Virus record (IMG/VR): IMGVR_UViG_3300024346_000052
Strand: one strand, 5' to 3'
Source: an uncultured virus (IMG/VR IMGVR_UViG_3300024346_000052)
Taxonomy: Duplodnaviria > Heunggongvirae > Uroviricota > Caudoviricetes > Crassvirales
Length of the DNA stretch: 20,000 bases
Below, one piece after another: positions 1 to 8,200 of this stretch (position 1 is the first letter of the stretch; each line of letters opens with the position of its first letter). The notes under the pieces were generated by a model. That model made no database searches, was not told where the DNA came from, and was given only the letters and a program-made list of their open reading frames with translations. The translations under genes and the position numbers were made by a program.

Positions 1-2255
1 GTGTTTGTAGGTATTGTAGTATTACCTGCTAAAGCATCAGATGCTGAAGATCCAATAGCTAAGTTAGATGTTCCAGCGCCTATCGCTACTCTAACTTCGG
101 CTGCAGTAATACCTACACCTAACTCTACATCTCCCGATTCATTTAATAAAGCAGGAACACCCGTATCAGAAACTTTTAATGTATTAGCACTTATTTGATT
201 TGCTTGGCTATTAGTTATACCTTCCTTCGCTGTGTTGGCTGCAACAGCTGTGTTGGCAGTAACTCTTGCTTCTGTATAATATAAATTAGTACCTTCAGTT
301 ATATCACTAGTGGTTAAAACCACAACACCTGTTTCACCATTAACACTGTCAACTGGAGCAGCTGGTGGAATAACTGTATCGCCTTTTAAAGCCGTAGTAC
401 TAGTTGTGCCAAATCCAGGAAATGACGTTTTTGCTGTATTAGCTGATATTTCACCTGCTTGGGTACCAGTTATTGTTACTGTATTCCCCGCCAAAGCATC
501 ACTTGAGGTTGTACCTACTTGTAAGAATCCACTGGCTGTAACGTTAGCTAAACTACCATTTCTAGTAAGTGTTAAAGTGCCAGCTGTATAAGAAGCCCCA
601 GTAACGTAGAAGTTGTCGCTATCGCCTGTGGTTATAGACACACTTGAATCTCCAGATTGATTTGCAGAAAAAGTTGTATCTGTGCCGTTTAATGATATAG
701 TAAGTGTGCCATCATTAACCGTAGGTATTACTGTATCACCTTCTAAAGCTTTTCCAGAAACTGTACCAAATCCAGGGAATGATGTTTTTAATGTGTTATC
801 TGATATTGCAGTTGCTTGTGCTGTTGTAATACCAGTTTTAGCAGTGTTGGTGGTTATTTCTCCTGCCTGTTGAGTGGTTATCGTAGTGGTATTGCCAGCT
901 AAAGCATCACTTGAGGTTGCACCTATTTGCAAGAATCCTGAAGCTGTTACTGTTCCACTATCATTTCTAGTTAAAGTAAGTGTTCCGCCAGAAAGAGCAG
1001 CTCCAGTAACAAAAGTATTATCACCAGCACTTGTAATATAACCAGCGTCATTATTCCATTGACTTATATCACCTGATTTATTGGTGAAAGTTATAGTATT
1101 GTTAGCTGTAACGGTTCCAACATTATTAGTATAGTTTGCGTCATTAGTCCATTGAGAAATTGCACCAGATTTATTGGTAAAAGCAGTAGTACTGTCCGCT
1201 GTGACGTCTCCATCACCAGTTCCAGCGCCTATAAGTGTTCTTATTTCAGCGCCAGTTACATTTGTCGCTAAAGTTGGTGTTCCACCGCCAGAAAAAATAC
1301 CAGGTTCTGCAAAACTAGTTTTATTATTAAAAGTAGTCCAATCTGTAGACGTTAAATATCCATCTGTATTAGTATCTGCTTTTGTTATACTTAATGATCC
1401 AGTTGAAGTTACTGAACCTGATAAAGGTGCAGTTGTTGTTACTTGAGTTACCGTACCAGTGTTGCTTGTAAAACCAGAGGGGTTTGTATTATTATAAGGC
1501 GTGAATCCTAAGCCAGTTGTTACATCTGAACTTGTTAAAGATAGCGTTCCTCCAAGAGTCAAGCTTCCTGAAGTATCAACCGTGCCACTTAAAGTTATGC
1601 CACTTACTGTACCTGTACCGCTAACAGAAGTTACAGTTCCAGTAGAACTTGTTTTACTATCAAAAGTATTCCAATCGCTTTGAGTTAAATAACCATCACT
1701 ATTGGTGCTAGCCGCGGTAATTCCTACTGTACCTGAATTAACTATGGTTCCACCAGTTAATGGAGAACTAAAAACTAAGTTAGTTACAGTTCCAGTGTTA
1801 GAAGTAAAGTTAGATGGATTTGTATTATTATATGGTGTATAGCCTAAAAAACTTATAATATCTACAGACGGTATAGTTAAAGTTCCACCTAGCGTTAGAC
1901 TACCACTGGTTGTGACAGTTCCAGAAAGAGTTATACCACTGACTGTACCAGTTCCACCAACAGACTTAACAGTTCCGTCAGCATCGCTAAACGCTGTAAA
2001 ATTACTAGAGCTTAAATAACCATCTTGAGTTGTACTAACTTCGAGTATAGATAATACTGTGTCATTCCCTGTAGTTCTTTCTAAAGGAGATGTTGCTGCT
2101 ATAGTTTGTATGGCACCAGATAACACACTAGCTTTTAATTGAGTTCCAGATATTTTAACATTACCGCTATTGTCATAACCAGCTAACCCTACTACATCTG
2201 TTATATTTGTTTTTGGAACAAATATACTGTTATCACTTATTTTTGCATTAGCCAT
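1..2255 (-). CDS. Large repeat-rich tail fibre / virion adhesin protein (3' end runs off the window, >750 aa)
   Basis: Not in the ORF track because there is no stop in the window. ATG at 2255 gives MANAKISDNSIFVPKTNITDVVGLAGYDNSGNVKISGTQLKAS; the same frame reads ...AIGSSASDALAGNTTIPTN at the left edge. G/T/S-rich with fibre-type repeats (GTVTSVSGTGTVSGITLSG, LGFTPYNNTNPSGFTSN, DWTTFNNK, SDITEGTNLYYTEARV). Frame spot-checked, not every codon. Confidence 0.8.
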   Translation of the reverse strand, partial: MANAKISDNSIFVPKTNITDVVGLAGYDNSGNVKISGTQLKASVLSGAIQTIAATSPLERTTGNDTVLSILEVSTTQDGYLSSSNFTAFSDADGTVKSVGGTGTVSGITLSGTVTTSGSLTLGGTLTIPSVDIISFLGYTPYNNTNPSNFTSNTGTVTNLVFSSPLTGGTIVNSGTVGITAASTNSDGYLTQSDWNTFDSKTSSTGTVTSVSGTGTVSGITLSGTVDTSGSLTLGGTLSLTSSDVTTGLGFTPYNNTNPSGFTSNTGTVTQVTTTAPLSGSVTSTGSLSITKADTNTDGYLTSTDWTTFNNKTSFAEPGIFSGGGTPTLATNVTGAEIRTLIGAGTGDGDVTADSTTAFTNKSGAISQWTNDANYTNNVGTVTANNTITFTNKSGDISQWNNDAGYITSAGDNTFVTGAALSGGTLTLTRNDSGTVTASGFLQIGATSSDALAGNTTTITTQQAGEITTNTAKTGITTAQATAISDNTLKTSFPGFGTVSGKALEGDTVIPTVNDGTLTISLNGTDTTFSANQSGDSSVSITTGDSDNFYVTGASYTAGTLTLTRNGSLANVTASGFLQVGTTSSDALAGNTVTITGTQAGEISANTAKTSFPGFGTTSTTALKGDTVIPPAAPVDSVNGETGVVVLTTSDITEGTNLYYTEARVTANTAVAANTAKEGITNSQANQISANTLKVSDTGVPALLNESGDVELGVGITAAEVRVAIGAGTSNLAIGSSASDALAGNTTIPTN

Positions 2256-2260
2256 ATTAT

Positions 2261-2437
2261 TTAATTTTCTAAACCTATAACGAAAGAGCTATTTTCTAGT
2301 TGAGCTAAAAAAGCAGTCAACTGAAGCTCTATAAAATTAGTTGGCGCCGTTGGATCCGTTGGCGTGTCGCCACCAGGCCTTGAAGGTCCAGGTAAATTAG
2401 ATATGTCGGGGAGTGGAAACCCCATACCCATTTTCAT
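2261..2437 (-). CDS. Small hypothetical protein, 58 aa (MKMGMGFPLPDISNLPGPSRPGG...VIGLEN)
   Basis: Translated by hand; fills the gap between the 2441-2995 gene and the fibre gene on the same strand. Confidence 0.65.
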   Translation of the reverse strand: MKMGMGFPLPDISNLPGPSRPGGDTPTDPTAPTNFIELQLTAFLAQLENSSFVIGLEN

Positions 2438-2440
2438 ATA

Positions 2441-2995
2441 TTAATATAGTGCTATTACGTCTGTAACGTCTGTTGCAGTAGCAGTTCCAGTAGCGTCCGT
2501 TGCAGTTCTAAGAACATCAACTGCTAATATAGGCAAAAAGCTTCCAGCTGTTACACCTTTAAAAGTTACCACATCACCGCTTTCCATTTTTACACATATA
2601 GTACCAGTAGTTCCAGCGCCTCCCACAAAAAGACAAGCTCCTCTTTGGTCTGTACCAGGTAAACCTAGTTCTCTTACAATAATACTTGTAGTTCCAGTTC
2701 CAGAAGATGGAGTAAAAGATATTACCGAACCAACCTGACACCCAGTGCCTGGATTTACTATTCTAATAGCTCCAATTTTACCACTTGGTTTTAAACTAAT
2801 TATTTGTATTTTTACTTTTAGTGATGAGTCTTGAACTACTTCATTTAAAGTGTAACCAGTAGCGTTGTCACTGCTTATTTCTAATTTTTTAGCAAAACCA
2901 AAAGTAGATCCAGTACTAACTGACATATTTAATGGTACAGCATCGTGAGCAAATACTCTTGGTTGAGCCGCTTCATTTCCGTTTAATCCGTTCAT
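2441..2995 (-). CDS. Hypothetical virion/tail-associated protein, 184 aa
   Basis: ORF track. G/T-rich beta-type composition; C-terminus (LFVGGAG...VTFKGVTAGSFLPI...DVIALY) resembles small phage structural proteins; tightly packed in the operon. Confidence 0.6.
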   Translation of the reverse strand: MNGLNGNEAAQPRVFAHDAVPLNMSVSTGSTFGFAKKLEISSDNATGYTLNEVVQDSSLKVKIQIISLKPSGKIGAIRIVNPGTGCQVGSVISFTPSSGTGTTSIIVRELGLPGTDQRGACLFVGGAGTTGTICVKMESGDVVTFKGVTAGSFLPILAVDVLRTATDATGTATATDVTDVIALY

Positions 2996-2996
2996 T

Positions 2997-3443
2997 TTAT
3001 TTATTTATTTTTGTTATTTTTTCAGCACCACGACTACCGAAGTATGCTACGTAAACTGTTATTAATAATGTTTTTAAAAGCTCTATCCAAGCTTCATCAA
3101 CATCAAATTGTAAGTGAAAAGAATCTACAGCCATCATAAATACTGCAGAAGCTGTTAAAAATATAAGAGCTAGCGGCCTTGTATTTTTAGAAAGCCAAGA
3201 ATCGCTTTTCATATCGCTTTTCCACCTGCTAGAAACTTCTTTCATTTCAGCCACATCTTGTTCTATTAACTTCATTGCCATTTCTTTATCAGCGGCTTTA
3301 ATCTTATTATCACTTGATATAAGATTTTTTACTACTCCAAGCGTTCCTTGGTTGGGTAGAACGTCTCCTAAAGCCTGCAGTACCTTAGGCGCTTTGTTGG
3401 CTAAAAAAGCCCCTATTTTAGTTTCGTTAAATTTTTTTTTCAT
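2997..3443 (-). CDS. Putative holin (GTA_holin_3TM-like), 148 aa
   Basis: RWKSDMKSDSWLSKNTRP followed by two hydrophobic helices and YFGSRGAEK, a pattern recalled from the 3TM holin family; near the endolysin. Confidence 0.7.
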   Translation of the reverse strand: MKKKFNETKIGAFLANKAPKVLQALGDVLPNQGTLGVVKNLISSDNKIKAADKEMAMKLIEQDVAEMKEVSSRWKSDMKSDSWLSKNTRPLALIFLTASAVFMMAVDSFHLQFDVDEAWIELLKTLLITVYVAYFGSRGAEKITKINK

Positions 3444-3458
3444 AATACATTAAATAAA

Positions 3459-4877
3459 TTAACCAACCCTATCTGAGTTAGATCTATAAGCCTTGTTGCC
3501 CACCCTAAATGTACTTGAACCATCTGTTGGAGCATCGTTTTGATAAAAACGACCACGAAAATTATTCATTGCGTTGCTGCCTTTACCATACCAGCTTTCC
3601 ATATTTGGATCATAACCTATACCAGTTCCTTCTGATGAAGGAGTACTATTTCTAGAGCCACCCCATTTATTATTAAAATCATTATTCTCCTGACTATTTT
3701 TCCATTGATCTTCAAACATCCTGTTTCTAGTGTTTGTTATTTCTGACCTACTTTTACTACTAAATTGAGCATCGCTAGGATTAAAAAACTTAGAAAATTC
3801 TCCAGTTGTAGGGTCTACTTGAGAGTATTGATAGCCTGCTACAGGGTTTTTATCGTCTTGGCTTTGCCATTGAACTTGGTATTGCGATCCTGAATCAGTA
3901 GTGAACTGTCTCATATTAGGATTACCTGGCACTTGTGCTAAGTCATTAAAATAATCATAAGAAGTAGCAGCAACATCTCTTTGTTCTTGGTAATTAGCTA
4001 CGTCTTTATTTAAATCTCTTTTAAAATCAAAAATATTTTTATAACCACCTACATTAGGACCATAGTCTTTTTCATATTGTTTCCATAGTGCATCACCAAC
4101 TTGCGATAAATTAGTTTGGCCTTGAATATTTCTTGTTTTATTATTATTTAAATAATTTTCTGTTTGCACATTGCCACCCCTAAGTTGTCCCGATATTATA
4201 TTACCAGTACTAGCAACATTGTAAGTTCTTTTGCCCGTAGTATTATCATAAGTAAAATCAGAAGATGACATGCTACGTCTTGGCGGCGGAGTTACTGTAG
4301 CTGTTGGAAGTACAGTGCTTGCTTTTGAAGCATTTTTATTTACTGTAGCTTGTATCTTTGGCACTTGAGTTTCTTGCTTTTCTAATTCTGGTTTATTTGA
4401 TGGAAGAGTTGACGATGGTTTTTTGCTTGTTGTTTTTTTAGATTTTGTAGGAGTTATATTTTTTATTTTATCTATTAAATTAGGTCCTTTTGTATATTTT
4501 CTTTTAGAAAAGCTTTTATTTTTATTTTTTTTCGATTTTGGTTTTTTACCATAGTCTGTTTTATTCAATGGACTATCACCTGCTTTTTTATAAGCTTCTT
4601 TTTCCCATGGTAAGTTTTTAGCTCCCTCGTTCATTTTGGCTCTGGAATATTCTTTTCCTTTCCAAATAACTTTATTGTCATTATAATCTAAATCACCTCT
4701 TTGCATTTGATCAATATGCACAGACTCATGTTTAACTATGTCTTTAATTTGCTTTGGATCAACAACGTCTTTATTTATATGTATAGTACCATCTTTATTG
4801 GCTTTACCTAAAACACCATCTTCCATATCGACTTTAACAATCGGAGAATTAAAAGGATTTCTTTTTTGTTTATACAT
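3459..4877 (-). CDS. Hypothetical protein, 472 aa, with N-terminal zincin-like HExxH domain and K-rich linker
   Basis: ORF track. IHINKD...IVKHESVHIDQ...PWEKEAY fits a metallopeptidase-like HExxH plus downstream Glu; the rest is low complexity. Confidence 0.6.
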   Translation of the reverse strand: MYKQKRNPFNSPIVKVDMEDGVLGKANKDGTIHINKDVVDPKQIKDIVKHESVHIDQMQRGDLDYNDNKVIWKGKEYSRAKMNEGAKNLPWEKEAYKKAGDSPLNKTDYGKKPKSKKNKNKSFSKRKYTKGPNLIDKIKNITPTKSKKTTSKKPSSTLPSNKPELEKQETQVPKIQATVNKNASKASTVLPTATVTPPPRRSMSSSDFTYDNTTGKRTYNVASTGNIISGQLRGGNVQTENYLNNNKTRNIQGQTNLSQVGDALWKQYEKDYGPNVGGYKNIFDFKRDLNKDVANYQEQRDVAATSYDYFNDLAQVPGNPNMRQFTTDSGSQYQVQWQSQDDKNPVAGYQYSQVDPTTGEFSKFFNPSDAQFSSKSRSEITNTRNRMFEDQWKNSQENNDFNNKWGGSRNSTPSSEGTGIGYDPNMESWYGKGSNAMNNFRGRFYQNDAPTDGSSTFRVGNKAYRSNSDRVG

Positions 4878-5046
4878 TTTTATAAGGAAATTTTTTATTT
4901 AATTTTTCTCGTCTACCCGCACAGCCACAGTCCTTGCCTGTAACTTCACTAACTTTATCAACAACAGCTTTTATTCCAGTTGAAGTTGTAAAATTATGGA
5001 TACTATCTCCAAGACCTTTAGATTTTATATTAAAATTAAAACTCAT
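4870..5046 (-). CDS. Small hypothetical phage protein, 58 aa (SKGLGDSI...TGIK...DCGC..RREKLN)
   Basis: Hand translation: MSFNFNIKSKGLGDSIHNFTTSTGIKAVVDKVSEVTGKDCGCAGRREKLNKKFPYKNV. Start overlaps the upstream stop (TAATG) and its end overlaps the next start. Confidence 0.75.
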   Translation of the reverse strand: MSFNFNIKSKGLGDSIHNFTTSTGIKAVVDKVSEVTGKDCGCAGRREKLNKKFPYKNV

Positions 5047-5402
5047 TATTTACGTTTTTTTGATTTTAGCGCTAAAACTTGTTTAGCTAATTCATCTAGT
5101 TTACCGTCGGTCTTTGTGCCATCTTTTACAAGTGTAGAAAGCACTTTAATTTCTTCAGATAATATATCATTCATTTGCTCCATCATATCAACTCTTTCTT
5201 TTAGATCTTCTATATTAGCATGATTCCATTTCTCTTTTAAGTCATACTCTAATCTCTTAACCTCTGTAGGTGGCATTCTTTTAGCTAAATCAATATCTTC
5301 TTGTAATGTATAGTACATACCAACTAAAGTTGTTGTTAACATTATTATACCTATTACTGTTTTTATATCAATTTTGAATTCTGTGTTTTCAGATATTTTC
5401 AT
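5046..5402 (-). CDS. Single-TM coiled-coil membrane protein, 118 aa (possible spanin/lysis accessory)
   Basis: Start moved from 5567 to MKISENTEF (5402), which overlaps only the amidase end. TM segment TVIGIIMLTTTLVGMYY is followed by a heptad-rich region. Confidence 0.6.
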   Translation of the reverse strand: MKISENTEFKIDIKTVIGIIMLTTTLVGMYYTLQEDIDLAKRMPPTEVKRLEYDLKEKWNHANIEDLKERVDMMEQMNDILSEEIKVLSTLVKDGTKTDGKLDELAKQVLALKSKKRK

Positions 5403-5802
5403 ACTCTCCTGTTGCATCAAATGACGGGCATGCCTTGTTAGCAAACTCGTTGTGTGAATAAATAACTGCCTCTGGGTACATTGCTTTAAGTGTTTTAAGC
5501 ACATGTAAGAGACTATCTTTCTGTTTTTGTGTTCTAGTATCCTTCGGAGTCTTACCATCTGCTTCAACGCCTCCGCAATAACATAATCCTATGCTATTTC
5601 TATTATGTGATTTGCAATGAGCTCCGATTCGGTCTATATCTCTACCTTTTTTAATAGTTCCATCTAACTCGATGTAGAAATGATAGCCAATGTCGCTCCA
5701 ACCCCTAGAATTTATATGCCAGTCTTTAATTGTTTCAACTGGTATATCTTGTCCTTCTCTAGTAGCAGAGCAATGTATTATAATTTCTTTTACTAATCTC
5801 AT
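5389..5802 (-). CDS. Endolysin, N-acetylmuramoyl-L-alanine amidase (Amidase_2, T7 gp3.5-like), 137 aa
   Basis: Motifs IIIHCSAT, GWSDIGYHF, GAHCKSHN..SIGLCYCGG, HNEF..KACPSF carry the His/His/Cys zinc ligands of T7 lysozyme-type amidases. Confidence 0.95.
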   Translation of the reverse strand: MRLVKEIIIHCSATREGQDIPVETIKDWHINSRGWSDIGYHFYIELDGTIKKGRDIDRIGAHCKSHNRNSIGLCYCGGVEADGKTPKDTRTQKQKDSLLHVLKTLKAMYPEAVIYSHNEFANKACPSFDATGEYENI

Positions 5803-5954
5803 TTTTTCTTATGTAATAGTAACCACTTGTGTACAGTGTACCCTATGGTTAAAGTTAACAATAAAATCTCTAACATTGGCTCCACCCAGTTTAATGTGGC
5901 TAAAGCAAATGAAGATGCATTTAATAAATACAACTTCAAATCTTCCATATCCAT
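5799..5954 (-). CDS. Small membrane protein, 51 aa, possible holin
   Basis: Hand translation: MDMEDLKLYLLNASSFALATLNWVEPMLEILLLTLTIGYTVHKWLLLHKKK. Hydrophobic with a basic C-tail, two possible starts (M1/M3) and an ATGA overlap with the endolysin. Confidence 0.6.
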   Translation of the reverse strand: MDMEDLKLYLLNASSFALATLNWVEPMLEILLLTLTIGYTVHKWLLLHKKK

Positions 5955-6124
5955 TATCTATTTGCGTTTAACACTGCGTTTCCTTTATAAGGTATGTTAT
6001 CTATTCTTCTTAACGTTGGCGTTATCATAGCGTTATTTGATTTCATAACTCTAGTTCCTAAATGACCACATCCACATTCTAATTTTACTCCTGCAGGTTT
6101 TTGTGTTTCTCCGTAACTTGGCAT
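5954..6124 (-). CDS. Small hypothetical protein, 56 aa
   Basis: Hand translation MPSYGETQKPAGVKLECGCGHLG...NAVLNANR; TAATG coupling to the next gene. Confidence 0.6.
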   Translation of the reverse strand: MPSYGETQKPAGVKLECGCGHLGTRVMKSNNAMITPTLRRIDNIPYKGNAVLNANR

Positions 6125-6129
6125 AATTT

Positions 6130-7506
6130 TTATTTTTTAAATTTACTTAAAGTTTTAGCTAAATTAGCTCTTTGTTGTGTTTTTTTACCGTACTCTCCAT
6201 CAGCAGCGGCATTTAATTTACTTTTTGGTATTTTCTCTCCTTCTGCAACACCTAAATCTTTTCTAAGTTGACCTGGTTTTTTAATAGCTCCCTTTATCCA
6301 GTTTTTTTTTAATGGAGTTTTAGCTCTATCTACTCTATCACCCATCCTATTAGCATAATCTTTATTAGAAATTCTATTTTTATTGTAGGTTGTGCTAGGA
6401 ACCATATTAGGAGTTCCATCGGCTTTAGTTCCAATATTTTCCATAGTAGTTTTGCCAGGTCTCATTTCGTAACTAACAGTATCTTTTTTATCAAGACTTA
6501 TAGACTGAGCTAGTGGGTATGCAGATTTTGCTGGCCTATATTTTTCCCCTGATTTTTGTTTTTTAGGTGGATCTATATGCATATTATTAAATGGTGATTT
6601 CTCAGCTCCACCCATAGCATCCATATTAGGATTCATCGGGTCTGATGGAGGATTAGGTTGCCCCATAGAGCTTGCTATATTAGAGAACATTTGCTCATTT
6701 TGAGATTGTGAAGCTGGCACTTTAGACGGATCCTGGTAATTGTTAGGATCATTTATAAGTACATTGGAATTAACAGGTCTTCCCGCTCTGTTTGGCTGAG
6801 CTGGAGTTTGCATAGGATCTTGCATGCCATCCGCATTGCCCTGAACGCCTGTAGTGTTTGGATTTAAATAATTCATAGGTGATTTTTCTTTACGATATTG
6901 TTTTCTTGCTTTTTTTGTTTCTAAATTAGCTTGTTTTTGTGAAATTCCTTTTTCTTTTGTAAAGCTAAAAGTTGGAATATTACTTTCTTTTTTCGGGAAC
7001 CATCCGCCATCTGGTGCACCTTTGTTATCAAAATAATCACGTGAGTTAGTTTTATTTACTGCACCTGGCTTATTAATTGTTAGTTTTTCAGGACCATCTT
7101 GTCTTGATCTTCTTATATTGTCTTTTTTCTCATTAAACTTTTCTTTAGCACCCGACTTCATTGCTTTTCTTTCTTTTTTGGCTTGCCTAAACTGATCAAT
7201 AGGATTTTTGCCAAAGTCTTGTTCAAAAGAATTACCCACGTTAATAGGCTTTCTAGTATTCATAGGTTTAATACCACCACCTTTATTTGTGACAGTTCCA
7301 TCTAAGTCATTAATGTTTGAAGGTATATTTCCAGGTATTGATCCAGTTGGATCTTGCTGTGAAGTATTTGGCTGTATATTGTTGTTAGAGGTTATTTGCT
7401 GCTGACTACCATCTGGTAATATATTAACCCTGGTATTTAAGTTAGCGAATACATCTTGAGTTCTTGACTTTATTTTTTTAGGGCTTTCGTAATCATTTTC
7501 TGCCAT
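6130..7506 (-). CDS. Hypothetical low-complexity protein, 458 aa, basic C-terminal domain (possible internal virion protein)
   Basis: ORF track. N/P/Q/K-rich; ends in NWIKGAIKKPGQLRKDLGV..GEKIPKSKL..AA...QRANLAKTL, a motif type recalled from small basic phage proteins. Confidence 0.7.
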   Translation of the reverse strand: MAENDYESPKKIKSRTQDVFANLNTRVNILPDGSQQQITSNNNIQPNTSQQDPTGSIPGNIPSNINDLDGTVTNKGGGIKPMNTRKPINVGNSFEQDFGKNPIDQFRQAKKERKAMKSGAKEKFNEKKDNIRRSRQDGPEKLTINKPGAVNKTNSRDYFDNKGAPDGGWFPKKESNIPTFSFTKEKGISQKQANLETKKARKQYRKEKSPMNYLNPNTTGVQGNADGMQDPMQTPAQPNRAGRPVNSNVLINDPNNYQDPSKVPASQSQNEQMFSNIASSMGQPNPPSDPMNPNMDAMGGAEKSPFNNMHIDPPKKQKSGEKYRPAKSAYPLAQSISLDKKDTVSYEMRPGKTTMENIGTKADGTPNMVPSTTYNKNRISNKDYANRMGDRVDRAKTPLKKNWIKGAIKKPGQLRKDLGVAEGEKIPKSKLNAAADGEYGKKTQQRANLAKTLSKFKK

Positions 7507-7943
7507 TACTTGTCTTTTTTAAAATTAATTATTGCTTTTTTTAATACTTTATCAGAATAACAACCACCTTTCATTATTTTGTTTGAAATTGGTGACAAAG
7601 GTATTTCATCCTCACCCATCATTATTCTATATATTTTAGCAATGAGTTGTTTGCATTTAAAAGAAGCTTTATATAAATGGTATTTTTGAGTTGTATGATT
7701 TCTTTTTCTCCAAACAATTATCCAGTTTTCTTTTAACAGTCTGTTCCATCTTCTGTTGTCCCAGCTGTAATAATAAGAGCCCTGTTTAAAATCTTGCTTA
7801 CTAAACATACCGATACTATCTAAGTATATCAACAACTCTAAGTCAGCATCGGTTATATTATTGTTTTTACAAGCCCATTTTCTTATTACCCTGTAATGCT
7901 TTAATATATTTAACTCTCTTATCTCTTTAGAAGTTATTCTCAT
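7506..7943 (-). CDS. Hypothetical basic protein, 145 aa (possibly winged-helix DNA-binding)
   Basis: ORF track; coupled to groES (ATGA) and to the downstream gene. ITDADLELLIYL...RLLKENWI...LYKAS is loosely MarR/wHTH-like (inference). Confidence 0.6.
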   Translation of the reverse strand: MRITSKEIRELNILKHYRVIRKWACKNNNITDADLELLIYLDSIGMFSKQDFKQGSYYYSWDNRRWNRLLKENWIIVWRKRNHTTQKYHLYKASFKCKQLIAKIYRIMMGEDEIPLSPISNKIMKGGCYSDKVLKKAIINFKKDK

Positions 7944-8200
7944 AAAACTATAACAACATCTTGCTCTTTTATTATTTTAAAAGAATCTCCGTCTATGTCA
8001 ACAGAAAAACCAGCATGCCTATCGTAAAATATAATATCTTTATTTTTAATAAAATTAACTTCTTCTCCTTTTATTAAAACTTCAGCTTTTTTATATCTTA
8101 TATCTTCTCTAGATTTATCAGACAATATTAAACCACCTTTTGTTTCAGTGGTTTTGTTTTTTGTTTCTTTTATTACTATATATTTACCTACTGCTTTCAT
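7940..8200 (-). CDS. groES: Co-chaperonin GroES (Cpn10), phage-encoded, 86 aa
   Basis: MKAVGKYIVIK...TKGGLILS mobile-loop motif...IIKEQDVVIVL; adjacent to groEL. Confidence 0.92.
   Translation of the reverse strand: MKAVGKYIVIKETKNKTTETKGGLILSDKSREDIRYKKAEVLIKGEEVNFIKNKDIIFYDRHAGFSVDIDGDSFKIIKEQDVVIVL

Noticed and set aside
1..1683. Plus-strand ORFs at 1, 310, 682, 1174 and 1501 (V/P-rich)
   Set aside because: Antisense shadows of the minus-strand fibre gene (GGT/ACT-rich codons read in reverse).
5403..5567. N-terminal extension of the 173-aa ORF
   Set aside because: Lies wholly inside the amidase gene in another frame; the ATG at 5402 is more plausible. A nested gene cannot be strictly excluded.
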